Shown: one piece after another, positions 8,423-17,544 of the stretch
Layout of the letters: each line of letters starts with the position of its first letter
Position numbering within the stretch: position 1 is the first letter of the stretch
Source of the DNA: Dehalococcoidia bacterium UBA2158
GTDB lineage: Bacteria > Chloroflexota > Dehalococcoidia > Lucifugimonadales > UBA3495
Length of the DNA: 64,000 nt
Reading direction: 5' to 3'
Assembly: GCA_002328185.1 (NCBI GenBank)
Contig: DCWQ01000006.1
Coordinates: forward strand, 14,047-78,046
Position numbers and translations under genes: made by a program
The notes under the pieces: model-generated
Told to the model about the DNA's origin: nothing
Database searches by the model: none
The model's input: the letters and a program-made list of their open reading frames with translations, nothing else

Positions 8423-9847
8423 CTAGCCGAACTGGAACTCCGAGGTTGTGGCGATCATCTGCAGAGTCTCGCCCGCCCGACGGGAGAACTCACCCTGCTC
8501 TGCGGCGTTGCTGTGTTTCAAGGCCCCGCCAGCATCCAGGTGGTCGGTCAACTGGCTGCGGGTCTCCTGGGCCAGGTCCATAGGACCAACCAGGTCTAGG
8601 CAACCGTTCAAGAACTGTTCAGAGCTTGGCACATCGCCGATGGCCATCAGCCGGTCGATGATGTTCTTGACTCCGGGCAGCTCGGTGTTGCCCAGCATGG
8701 AAGATGCGAAGTTGATCCGGTCGATGAGGCTGCCGCTGTTGATCCACTCGCGGCCCATGTGCCAGCCCTCGACTGTCGGGGGGTTCATCAGGTCCAGGCC
8801 CATGTACTTAGGCTCCATGGCCACGAAGAACAAGCCCGGCTTGGGCTCGAGGTGGTCACCCACCATGCGCATAGTGCCGATGACCACGTCCGCGGGACTC
8901 TTGACCTTGGCGAACCGGACGGCCTCGTCCTTGAAGAAGGCCGCGTTGAACAGAACCGTCAACATGGCGGTGATCTCATAACCGGAGTCGAAGTAAGCCT
9001 TCTCGAGTTGTTTGATAGCGTCCATGTCGCGGGGTTCCGCCAAGCGCCAGGAAGGCACCGGCGGCTCGTCGGCGACGAAGAAGTCGTAGAGCTTGCGGGC
9101 GACGAACCTGGCGGTGGCCGGCTGCTTGCAGATGATGTCGACGATGTCGCCGCCATCCCAGTTGCCGGTCTCGCCCAGGAAGGTCTTCTCGCCGTAGTCG
9201 TGGTCGGCGGGGTCGAACCGGAACTCGAAGGGAGTCCGGCCATAGGGGAAGACGGGAATCGTCGGGGCCAGGTTCCAGCCGGTGAAGGCACGGGCACAGG
9301 CTTTGACGTCGTCCTCGGTGTAGTTGAATTCTTGGTCCATGCCCACGCCGATGGAGAACAGTTCCAAGAGCTCCCGGCCGTAGTTCTCATTGACGGCGGT
9401 CTTGTGGCTCTCGATGTTGTCCAGGTAATAGAGCATGGCCGGATCGGTGGAAAGCATCAGGAGCATCTCTTTGAAGTTGCCCATACCGTAGTCCCGGAAC
9501 TTGTCGATCTGGATGGCCGTGGTCCGGGCGTTATCCACCTTGTTGTCGCCAGCGCAGAGAATGGTGTGCCAGAAGAGGGACATCTTCTCTTTAAGCTGGT
9601 ACTTGTTGTTGATCATGCGGTAGACCCACTCGGTCTGACCGGTCTCGATAGCGGCCTTGTCGAAATAGGACGGATAGGCGCGGTACATTAGGTCCTCGTC
9701 TATTCCTGGGTCCTCTCCGGGATTCAGAAGCTCCGCTACCACACTGTCGTAGCCCTGGGTTACTCTGGCCTCGATCTCATCGCGGCTAGCCCCGTAACCG
9801 GCGCGACGCAGAAGGTGGGCCATCAAAGCGATCTCTTGGTCAGGCAT
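8423..9847 (-). CDS. DUF1800 domain protein
   Basis: 474 aa. HLLRRAGYGAS near the N-terminus, FWHTILC, NENYGRELLELFSIGV and the pairing with a downstream DUF1501 gene are all characteristic. Confidence 0.8.
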   Translation of the reverse strand: MPDQEIALMAHLLRRAGYGASRDEIEARVTQGYDSVVAELLNPGEDPGIDEDLMYRAYPSYFDKAAIETGQTEWVYRMINNKYQLKEKMSLFWHTILCAGDNKVDNARTTAIQIDKFRDYGMGNFKEMLLMLSTDPAMLYYLDNIESHKTAVNENYGRELLELFSIGVGMDQEFNYTEDDVKACARAFTGWNLAPTIPVFPYGRTPFEFRFDPADHDYGEKTFLGETGNWDGGDIVDIICKQPATARFVARKLYDFFVADEPPVPSWRLAEPRDMDAIKQLEKAYFDSGYEITAMLTVLFNAAFFKDEAVRFAKVKSPADVVIGTMRMVGDHLEPKPGLFFVAMEPKYMGLDLMNPPTVEGWHMGREWINSGSLIDRINFASSMLGNTELPGVKNIIDRLMAIGDVPSSEQFLNGCLDLVGPMDLAQETRSQLTDHLDAGGALKHSNAAEQGEFSRRAGETLQMIATTSEFQFG

Positions 9848-10237
9848 TCACTCCTCCTTGCTCAATGGTGAACAGTTCTATCTGGTTTTAGATCGTTGCG
9901 TATCTTGGTCCCCAGTTGATGAAAGGGCCGCGAATCGCATTCATCTGCGGGGAACTAATGGCGGCTGACCCTCGGCTAAAGGCAGACTAACCAAGGTGAA
10001 TTGAAATATGACCACATTCTAAAAATCAGGTGGGGCAATGTCAATACTCGGTATCAGTTAATCTGAGCCTAGGGAGCCTGTTCGATGAATGGCTTATTAG
10101 AAAATACCGATTATAAAAAAGAGATTGATTCGAGGCTCGGGTTTTAATTGCGGACCAACGGCCCCGTCCTAACGCTGCACCATGCTAACATTCGGCCATT
10201 CTCCAACCACCTGAACCGAAGCCAGGAGGGCCGTGCA

Positions 10238-11359
10238 ATGATTAAGCCGGTGATCCCATCGACCGTAAACACAGGAGACCCGGTTGAGTTCGCTTGCGAC
10301 TGGGGCAAGGTCGCTCGTTTGATAGTCCACGACTCCCTGAAGACCCAACCGGGCGAGAGGGTGATCATTCACTCTGACCCAACCTATTTCCCGGCCCGGA
10401 CCAACTCATCCGCACCTGCTCGGTCTGGACCGGAGCGGCCTAGTTGAACGTGTCAATGGTCGACTAGGGCGGCCTCGAAGCCGTGCGGCGCAGCCACCGC
10501 CGCCGGGAAGACCCTGCGTTGGTGCAGATGGAAGACAGCGCCATGCCTTGATATTCGACCTAGCGGACATCTATATCTGGCTGCCCACCTTTTGGATGAT
10601 AAACCGGGTCAGACCCAAAAGACCCTCAAGACTTGGCCTGGCCGCTCAATACACTTCCATTGGGTGATAGACCCCAACGACCCGGTGGAATTCGGCATCC
10701 TTTCGGAGATGCGTGAGAAGGTGCTCTTCATCGACTACGCGGCGCTCGACTCGCGGCAACAAGAGTTAATTGCACCCTGCGCGACAGTTAGGAGCACATC
10801 ACAAACCCGGCTGGCACTGACCTGATTCTTGCCCTTAAAGAGGCCTATTTCCACCGGGGCAACGGCCAAGCTTCCAAAGAGTTCATCAACCCCTACGCCG
10901 CACCGGGCAGCGCATGTGATCGGGAAGTGGATCTGCCGGCGGGGGCGATTCGCACTGTCGACATCACAAACCCACAAGAGCGATTGGTCTGTACCGACGA
11001 GACGTTTTTCGCGCGGCATGTGGGGACTCTGACGTACACCTTTCAGGATGGGCGCATCACCGGCGTGGAGTCACAGCACCATAGCGATCCCGTTCAGGCG
11101 GTCTGGGGCATTCAGATCGGAGACAACGACCGCATCGGCGAGTTCAACCGGGGGTCGGCCCCGGGTTGACGCTACTGCCCAAATACCACAAATAGTTCCC
11201 TAGTTCGAGTACGGCGACGGCGTTACCCGGCTGAGCTTCGGAGATAACCAGGGTTCCGGCGGAGACGTCATCTTCAGCTACCACCACTGGTCGTTCTTGA
11301 TCAACGCTACGGTGCAGGCCGATGGCAAAACCTTGGTGGAAAGCGGGAAGCTGGCCTAG
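10238..11359 (+). pseudogene. degraded aminopeptidase-like (peptidase M29 / AmpS-like) gene with several frameshifts and stops
   Basis: AGGAGGG SD plus ATG at 10238. The coding signal jumps between frames: 10238-10400, 10592-10825, 10927-11169, then the terminal piece FEYGDGVTRLSFGDNQGSGGDVIFSYHHWSFLINATVQADGKTLVESGKLA ending at 11359. Family assignment is from general resemblance only. Confidence 0.45.
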
Positions 11360-11372
11360 GACTCCCGGCTGG

Positions 11373-12212
11373 TCAGTTGCGGATCAACAAGCCTGGCTGA
11401 CACTTGCGGCAGTAACTGGTGATACGCTGGTTGGCGTTCAGTTGGGTGATCTTGCCGCCGCACTTGGGGCAAGGTTGACCGCCCTTGTTGTGCACCTGTA
11501 GGAAGTCGCGCACCTTCTTGTGAATGTCGCCGCCCATGCGCTCTCGGAGGGTCTCGGTGGCTTCTTCCAGCACCTGGCGGCACTGGGTGTGGAGTGTTTT
11601 AAGTTCGTCCGGCTTGAGGGCCCGGCATTTCTTGAAGGGCGATATGCCGGCGGAGAAGAGTATCTCGTCTGAGTAGGCGTTGCCGATGCCCGAGATGAAG
11701 GCTCCTCGGGTGAGGACGCCCTTGATCTCGCCGGTGAACTTCTTCAGCCGTTCTTGGAACTCGTCGAAGTCGATGATTGAGAGGACGTCGGGGCCCAGGC
11801 CGGTGTATTGGGGAACTAGGTCATCCTGGGCGTCGCTGCCGTCCTCGCCGTTAGCGATATAGTAGACCTTGCCCATCTGCCGGTCGTCCAGGTAACGCAG
11901 GTCCATGCCGCCGCCCACGTTCAACGACACACAGGTCTTCTTCTGGACTCGCACGCTTTCTTGGCAGTGTTGCAGCGCGCCGGTGAGCATGGGGTTGATC
12001 GCCAGACTGCGACCGCCGGAGAACCGCAGCGTCAGGAACTTGCCCTTCCGCTGGGCGTCCAACAGCGTTCGGCCGGGCAGGTCTTCGGTAATCTCGGTGG
12101 CCAGAGACCGCACAACCGTAGGCCGCAGGACCTTGCAGGACGCCACAGTCGCGTCCTTCAGGTTGGCGTTCAAGTAGTCCTTGATGACTTCCAAGTCTGG
12201 CGCTTCGGGCAT
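11373..12212 (-). CDS. mutM: formamidopyrimidine-DNA glycosylase / Nei-family DNA glycosylase-AP lyase
   Basis: The N-terminal MPEAPDLEV carries the catalytic Pro2. The H2TH region is IKGVLTRGAFISGIGNAYSDEILF and the C-terminal zinc finger is CPKCGGKITQLNANQRITSYCRKCQ. I moved the start to the ATG at 12212. Confidence 0.85.
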   Translation of the reverse strand: MPEAPDLEVIKDYLNANLKDATVASCKVLRPTVVRSLATEITEDLPGRTLLDAQRKGKFLTLRFSGGRSLAINPMLTGALQHCQESVRVQKKTCVSLNVGGGMDLRYLDDRQMGKVYYIANGEDGSDAQDDLVPQYTGLGPDVLSIIDFDEFQERLKKFTGEIKGVLTRGAFISGIGNAYSDEILFSAGISPFKKCRALKPDELKTLHTQCRQVLEEATETLRERMGGDIHKKVRDFLQVHNKGGQPCPKCGGKITQLNANQRITSYCRKCQPGLLIRN

Positions 12213-12308
12213 AGCGATAATATACAGCAACGATACAATCGGCGTCTGGATTACTGCTTTACCACGGGGGTCTTGTCATCCACATAGAAGGAGACTTAGC
12301 TCAGTATA

Positions 12309-12791
12309 ATGGGCGTTATGCTGATCGGCGTTGTATCCGACACCCATGGCTTCTATGACCTGCGTGTGCCGCCGCTGCTTGAGGGAGTGGAGCACATCCT
12401 GCATGCGGGCGACATTGGCTCGGGGCAGATCATCGAACAGCTATCGGAGATCGCGCCCGTGACGGCGGTGCGGGGCAACGCCGACCGGGAAGGGCCCGAG
12501 TCCGAGTTCCCTAAGATCGAGACTCTCGAATTGGGTGGATGCCGCATCTATTTGACCCACATCGTGAAAGTTCCAAAAGATGGGGACGATGCTGGGCTGG
12601 CGGCTTATTTGGTAAATGGAGCGGATGTGGTTGTGTTTGGCCACAGCCACATGGCTTTCCATGAATCGAGGGGCGGGCTGGCTTTCTTCAACCCCGGCGC
12701 GGCGGGCAAACGGCGGTTCAAGGTGGTGCCGTCCATCGGGTTGTTGGAGTTGGAGCCGGGGCTGGTGCAGGGGCGGATACTGGTTCTTTGA
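12309..12791 (+). CDS. YfcE/MJ0936-family metallophosphoesterase
   Basis: 160 aa with motifs VVSDTHG, HAGD, RGNAD and FGHSH. Confidence 0.8.
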   Translation: MGVMLIGVVSDTHGFYDLRVPPLLEGVEHILHAGDIGSGQIIEQLSEIAPVTAVRGNADREGPESEFPKIETLELGGCRIYLTHIVKVPKDGDDAGLAAYLVNGADVVVFGHSHMAFHESRGGLAFFNPGAAGKRRFKVVPSIGLLELEPGLVQGRILVL

Positions 12792-12816
12792 GGGTTGGTT
12801 TGTGCTGGGATGAAAA

Positions 12817-12856
12817 GCCCCCATCCTAATCTTCTCCCATGAGCGGGGGAAGGGAC
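12817..12856 (+). repeat. short hairpin repeat, copy A (CCCCATCCTAATCTTCTCCCATGAGCGGGGGAAGGGA)
   Basis: About 70-75 percent identical by eye to copy B at 14128-14168, in the same orientation. The two copies bracket the MFS gene. It contains the hairpin CTTCTCCC/GGGGGAAG. Confidence 0.55.
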
Positions 12857-14118
12857 TAACTACTTCTGCCTCTGACTGTGAAGAAGGCCAGCACCCCAGA
12901 GCCGACGGTTATGGCGGCTATGAGTTGGATGGCTGGTTTGAAGCCGAATAGGTCGGCTACGGCGCCGGCTAGCAGGGCGCCGACGATGAATCCGGCGTCG
13001 CGCCAGAACCGGTATACGCCCAGGAATGCCGCCCGGTCGGCGGCGGGTACGGCGTCGCCCACGGCGGCCAAAAGCGTGGGGTAGACCAGGGCTGTGCCCA
13101 AGCCGAGCAGAGCCATGGCACCGAGCCAGACACCGTAGGAGTCCACCCCCGCCGTTACAGAGATTGCCGTGCCCTGGAGCACCATGCCTACCGTGATTAG
13201 AGGTTTGCGCCCCAGGATGTCACTGGCCCAGCCGGTGGCCAGTTGGAGGCCGCCCCAGACCAGGGGGTAGACCGCGACCAAAATAGCGATTCGGTCCAGG
13301 GACAGGCCTTGACTGGCGAAATAGAGCGGGAAAATCCCCCAGGCCACACCGTCGTTCAGGTTTTTCACCAGTCCGGCTTGGGTGATCCCGAACAGGTAGG
13401 GCTTGCGCCAAGTGCCGTCGGCAAAGTTTGACTTGAATGATGAGCGAACTGGCGCCGCTCCTGAAATTCCGCCGGTTTCCAATGCTAGATGGGCCGACGT
13501 GTCCCGGATGAAGAGCACGCTAAAGGCCAGACCGGTGGCGGCTATGGCGGTTCCCAGGTAGAAGGGCTCGGGCCTAAGGCCGTAGGAGTCGGCGATGATC
13601 CCGGTCAATAACGCCATCACTGCCAGGGATGTATAGCCGGCTGTTTCGTTGAATCCCAGCACCAGTCCTCGGAACCTGGGTCCGGCCAGGTCCATCTTCA
13701 TGTTGACTGTCATGGACCAGGCAAGCCCCTGGTTTACACCCAATAATAGGTTGGCGCCGATGATCCAGCCCCAGGCAGGCGCCCAGATCAACAGTAGCGG
13801 CACCGGGATGCCGATCATCCAACCGGCGATGAGGATGCGCCGGCGGGTAAGCCATTGGGTGAGGGGTCCGACCAGGAGGTTGGATCCGGCCTTGGCCAGG
13901 CCGAAGGTGGCGATGAAGGAGACAACGGCGGTCTTGGAGGTGACGCCGAATTCTTGTTCGGCCAGTCCCGGCAGGATGGTGCGCTCCATGCCAATCATCC
14001 CGCCGACGAACATATTGGTGGCTACCAGCAGGGCGATCTGACGCCAGTTGTCGGACAGGCCGAGGGTGACTGGCCTTTGGGTGGACGCGAACGCGGGGAG
14101 CCAGTTAGTGATGCGCAT
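12856..14118 (-). CDS. MFS transporter
   Basis: 420 aa, about 12 predicted hydrophobic helices, with an MFS loop motif (GPLTQWLTRRR). Confidence 0.8.
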   Translation of the reverse strand: MRITNWLPAFASTQRPVTLGLSDNWRQIALLVATNMFVGGMIGMERTILPGLAEQEFGVTSKTAVVSFIATFGLAKAGSNLLVGPLTQWLTRRRILIAGWMIGIPVPLLLIWAPAWGWIIGANLLLGVNQGLAWSMTVNMKMDLAGPRFRGLVLGFNETAGYTSLAVMALLTGIIADSYGLRPEPFYLGTAIAATGLAFSVLFIRDTSAHLALETGGISGAAPVRSSFKSNFADGTWRKPYLFGITQAGLVKNLNDGVAWGIFPLYFASQGLSLDRIAILVAVYPLVWGGLQLATGWASDILGRKPLITVGMVLQGTAISVTAGVDSYGVWLGAMALLGLGTALVYPTLLAAVGDAVPAADRAAFLGVYRFWRDAGFIVGALLAGAVADLFGFKPAIQLIAAITVGSGVLAFFTVRGRSS

Positions 14119-14127
14119 AAGATGGAG

Positions 14128-14168
14128 TGCCCCATCTTAACCTTCCCCCTTGCCAGGTGGAAGGGATC
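14128..14168 (+). repeat. short hairpin repeat, copy B (CCCCATCTTAACCTTCCCCCTTGCCAGGTGGAAGGGA)
   Basis: See copy A. It contains the hairpin CCTTCC...GGAAGG. Confidence 0.55.
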
Positions 14169-14178
14169 TTTTGCCCTA

Positions 14179-15024
14179 TTAATCCAGCCGAATGGCTTGG
14201 GAGCCGAGTTGGGGCCAGGCGGCGGGGGCGGCGGCTTTTTCTAGGCGTTCGTCCAGGGGCAGGTCTTCGTCCCAATAGTAGCCGATGAAGCGTTGGCCGT
14301 TGATGCCGTCGGAAGCGTCCGAGGCCAGCCAGACCACGGGCGCCTGCATGACTTCAGGGTTGATCATGTTCTCGCGTTGGTGATGGGTGTCGTCTGGGAT
14401 CAGGTCGGTGCTGGCCATGCCACCGGGCACCAAGACGTTGACCGTGACTCCGGTGCCCTCCAACTCGCGGGACGCCATGGCGACCAGGGCTTCATGGGCA
14501 GCTTTGGAAGGGCCGTAGGGCGCGCCGCCCTCGCGGTACATGGTGTTCGTACTGGTGGTGACGCCGATGATTCGACCCCAGCCTTGGGCCAGCATGTGGG
14601 GCACAACGGTCCGGGTCATATAGAAGGGGCCGCTGCTGTTCACCGAGACGACCCGGTCCCATTCTTCGACGGGCACCTCCCAGAAGTTGTTTTTGGTCTC
14701 GCCGCCCATGAGCATGTTCTTGGGCGCGATACCGGCGTTGTTGACCAATATATGGAGCCCGCCCAGGTCTTCGATGGTGCGCTGTATCGAACGCTCGGCC
14801 TCGCCGGTGGAAGAAACATCAACGATCTGGGTCATGACGCAATCGTCGCCGCCGATCTCGCGCATGTAATTGGAAGTCTCGTCCAGCCACTGCTGGTTGA
14901 TGTCCATCATGGACACTCTAGCGCCAGCCTTAACTAACGCCTCAGTCATAGCCCGCCCTAACCCTCTAGGACTGGCCGCCCCAGTCACAATGGCAATCTT
15001 CCCTTCAAGAACCCTCTCACGCAT
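14179..15024 (-). CDS. SDR-family oxidoreductase
   Basis: TGAASPRGLGRA Rossmann motif, NNAG, and a Y..PSKAA catalytic motif (APYGPSKAA). I moved the start to the ATG at 15024, preceded by AGGAG. Confidence 0.8.
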   Translation of the reverse strand: MRERVLEGKIAIVTGAASPRGLGRAMTEALVKAGARVSMMDINQQWLDETSNYMREIGGDDCVMTQIVDVSSTGEAERSIQRTIEDLGGLHILVNNAGIAPKNMLMGGETKNNFWEVPVEEWDRVVSVNSSGPFYMTRTVVPHMLAQGWGRIIGVTTSTNTMYREGGAPYGPSKAAHEALVAMASRELEGTGVTVNVLVPGGMASTDLIPDDTHHQRENMINPEVMQAPVVWLASDASDGINGQRFIGYYWDEDLPLDERLEKAAAPAAWPQLGSQAIRLD

Positions 15025-15085
15025 CAGAACACTCCTGCAATCTACCAAACTCGTACGAATAAAACGCGGTTGCACCGCTGCAGCG

Positions 15086-15838
15086 CTATTGGGCTAGGAA
15101 GCCGCCGTCTATCACTAGTTCGCTGCCCGTTACGAACGATGATTCGTCCGACGCCAGGTATAGCACCCCATAGGCCACGTCTTCGGGTTGGCCCGTGCGG
15201 CCGATGGGAACGCGGGCGATGGACTCGGCCACCGCTGCCGGGTCGCCCTGGCGGAAGTCGGTCATTGGGGTGTCGATGGGGCCGGGGTGAATGGAGTTGG
15301 CCCGGATGCCCTCCGGCGCGTACTGGATGGCAGTGGACTTGGTGAAGATGCGCACCGCACCTTTGGAGGCGTTGTACACGGCCGAGACATAAGACTGGCC
15401 GGCGATTCCCGAGATGGAAGAGATGTTTACGATGGAACCGCCGCCGGCCTTCCGCATCTCGGGGATGGTAGCTTTGGTACCCAAGAACACGCCCTTGGCG
15501 TTGACGTCCATGACCCGGTCCCACTCGTTGACGGTGATGTCTTCGAGCTCGACCCGGGACACCACGCCAGCGTTGTTGACCAGGATGTCCAACTTGCCGA
15601 AGCGGCTCACGGTTTCCGTGATGGCTGATGTCCAGTTCTCTTCACTGCTCACGTCCAGGTGGACGAAAAGACACTCGCCGCCCAGATCGTTGATCGCAGC
15701 CTCGGTCTTGCGGCCGTCTTCATCGAGCACGTCCCCGATGACGACCTTTGCGCCCTCCTGGGCGAATATTTTGGCCTCGGCGGCGCCCATTCCCCGGGCT
15801 CCGCCACTGATGAAAGCAACCTTATTCTCCAGCCGCAT
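15086..15838 (-). CDS. SDR-family oxidoreductase (classical, 3-oxoacyl-ACP reductase / hydroxysteroid dehydrogenase-like)
   Basis: 250 aa with SGGARGMG, NNAG and YNASKGAV motifs. Confidence 0.85.
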   Translation of the reverse strand: MRLENKVAFISGGARGMGAAEAKIFAQEGAKVVIGDVLDEDGRKTEAAINDLGGECLFVHLDVSSEENWTSAITETVSRFGKLDILVNNAGVVSRVELEDITVNEWDRVMDVNAKGVFLGTKATIPEMRKAGGGSIVNISSISGIAGQSYVSAVYNASKGAVRIFTKSTAIQYAPEGIRANSIHPGPIDTPMTDFRQGDPAAVAESIARVPIGRTGQPEDVAYGVLYLASDESSFVTGSELVIDGGFLAQ

Positions 15839-16230
15839 AGCTACCCCCCTGCCGGTTTAATGGATAGATTCGATGTGAACCTAGACGGTTGGCAAGATTC
15901 TAACCGTTGGGCGCGGTTAGTCAATGGGGAGAGATGGAAGAATGGAACTTAGTTGATGGAACAGACGATGAAGGGCTGGATACCGCTGACGGGGCCGTCG
16001 ACGGTTCCGGAACAGAGGTTGTTCAACGTGCCCGCATTGACCAGGTTCCGGTCGTTTCATTGATGATGGAGCCGGCGTTGTTGACGTCGTCGTCGGTGAG
16101 ATTGGTTGAGGAACCGGCATTTGTGAGTGCGCCGCCGAGCTTGATGTCCGACAACGCGTCCAGGTTCTAGTAGGAGCTGAAGTGGAACATCTCGATGGTC
16201 TCCCGGTTGTCCTGCAGGCTGTCGAACATG

Positions 16231-16998
16231 TCATACAGTTTCAGGGGAATGGCCTGAGTGGTCGTTGGCCCCGAACAGGTTGATGAACTGCCCGGTCATG
16301 TCGGCCGGTGCGTGGGCGGCTAAGAACAGCGCGGCCCGGGCGATATCCTCGGGTTGGGTCCATTCTGGCCCGGCATCGGGCGGGATATGACTGCCGGCCG
16401 TCATATCCGTTTCCACCCAGCCAGGATTCAGTCCGTTGACCTTCACCCCGTGAGAGCGTACCGACTTGGCAAGGGAGGTTGTGTAGCCGATGACGCCCCA
16501 CTTAGTTGCGCCGTAAGCCCCGTAATTGTCTTCGGCGATCGTCCCGGAGGATGATCCGATGTTAATCACTATTCCCTGACTCCGCTCGACCATGTGCGGC
16601 ACTACGAAGTGACAACAGAGGAATGTGCCCCGGAGATTTATGCCCATCTCCTCGTCCCAATGAGAAATGGGGGTTTCCCAAACCGGAGTGCCGTCGTGAA
16701 TGATGGCGGCGTTATTGACCAGGATGTCGATGCGACCCCAGCGGTCCAGTATCTTTCCCACAGTGTCTTCCACCTCTGTCTCTAGAGAGACGTCCATCTG
16801 CCAAACGGCCGCCTGACCTCCGGGCCCTTCAATCTCACCTAAGACCTGTTCCAGCCGGGAGACATTCCGGCCAGTCAGCGCAACCTTGGCGCCCTCACCG
16901 GCCATAGCGATGGCGATGGCCTGGCCGATACCCCTGCCGGCGCCGGTCACCAACACAACTTTATCTAGTAATAAATCACCCAAAGCAAAACCTTTCAT
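16231..16998 (-). CDS. SDR-family oxidoreductase
   Basis: TGAGRGIGQA, NNAA and YGATKWGV motifs. The track ORF extends to 17079, but that extension overlaps tRNA-Pro, so the start is set to the ATG at 16998 (MKGFALGD...). Confidence 0.8.
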   Translation of the reverse strand: MKGFALGDLLLDKVVLVTGAGRGIGQAIAIAMAGEGAKVALTGRNVSRLEQVLGEIEGPGGQAAVWQMDVSLETEVEDTVGKILDRWGRIDILVNNAAIIHDGTPVWETPISHWDEEMGINLRGTFLCCHFVVPHMVERSQGIVINIGSSSGTIAEDNYGAYGATKWGVIGYTTSLAKSVRSHGVKVNGLNPGWVETDMTAGSHIPPDAGPEWTQPEDIARAALFLAAHAPADMTGQFINLFGANDHSGHSPETV

Positions 16999-17035
16999 GA
17001 AGAGATGGTTGGAAAAGAAGAAGAGGAAACCCTGC

Positions 17036-17110
17036 TGGTCGGGGTGGGGAGAATCGAACTCCCGACCTCCTGCTCCCAAAGCAGGCGCCCTACCGCTGGG
17101 CTACACCCCG
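17036..17110 (-). tRNA. tRNA-Pro (anticodon UGG), CCA encoded
   Basis: The reverse complement CGGGGTGTAGCCCAGCGGTAGGGCGCCTGCTTTGGGAGCAGGAGGTCGGGAGTTCGATTCTCCCCACCCCGACCA folds as a cloverleaf. The anticodon loop is TT-TGG-GA and the T-loop is TTCGATT. Confidence 0.9.
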
Positions 17111-17347
17111 ATTGTTCTCGATTTTAACACGCGTGTGTGACGTAGACTGTCCGGAGCGCTCTACCGCCATCGCATCCGTGATATCCGATGCTCCAATCAA
17201 TCGTATCGGACCCTCTGGCTACGTTCAAACACGAGTGGCAAATTAGTCAGTAATGGCGCGGTGGAGAGGGGCTTAAGGCGAGACTGTAGGGGTTCGTGGG
17301 TTCACTAGGCCGCAAAGATTAGAAGGGTGCTGCGGAGAGGGAAAAAG

Positions 17348-17422
17348 TGGTACCCCCGGAGAGGGTCGAACTCTCGTCTCCGGCTCCGGAGGCCGGCACT
17401 CTATCCACTGAGCTACAGGGGC
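17348..17422 (-). tRNA. tRNA-Arg (anticodon CCG), CCA encoded
   Basis: The reverse complement GCCCCTGTAGCTCAGTGGATAGAGTGCCGGCCTCCGGAGCCGGAGACGAGAGTTCGACCCTCTCCGGGGGTACCA folds as a cloverleaf. The anticodon loop is CT-CCG-GA. Confidence 0.9.
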
Positions 17423-17544
17423 AGGTCAATTAGAAGAATAGCATGGTTTCCGAGGGGCCAACAAGCGCACGCAGACCACCCCTCTGGTAGACAAACCCCA
17501 GGCACCCCACTAGACTAGGGTCACTTTCCCACCGAGGTTCAATC

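Noticed and set aside
8759-9691. Long antisense or alternate-frame ORFs overlapping well-supported genes (e.g. 8759-9691, 22192-23148, 37723-38625, 50276-51442, 58519-59487, 60135-60809)
   Set aside because: These are typical shadow ORFs of high-GC coding sequence. They have low-complexity Arg/Gly/Pro/Val-rich translations and no recognisable motifs, and the opposite or other frame carries clear family signatures.
15839-16230. Gene-free 390 nt between two SDR genes with short ORFs; the minus-strand translation gives NLDALSDIKLGGALTNAGSSTNLTDDDVNNAG-like text
   Set aside because: It may be a relic of a repeat-containing protein, but it has stops and frameshifts, no recognisable family and no start signal. 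It is too weak to annotate.
16999-17079. N-terminal extension of the third SDR ORF
   Set aside because: The extension reads through tRNA-Pro (17036-17110). The real start is the ATG at 16998.
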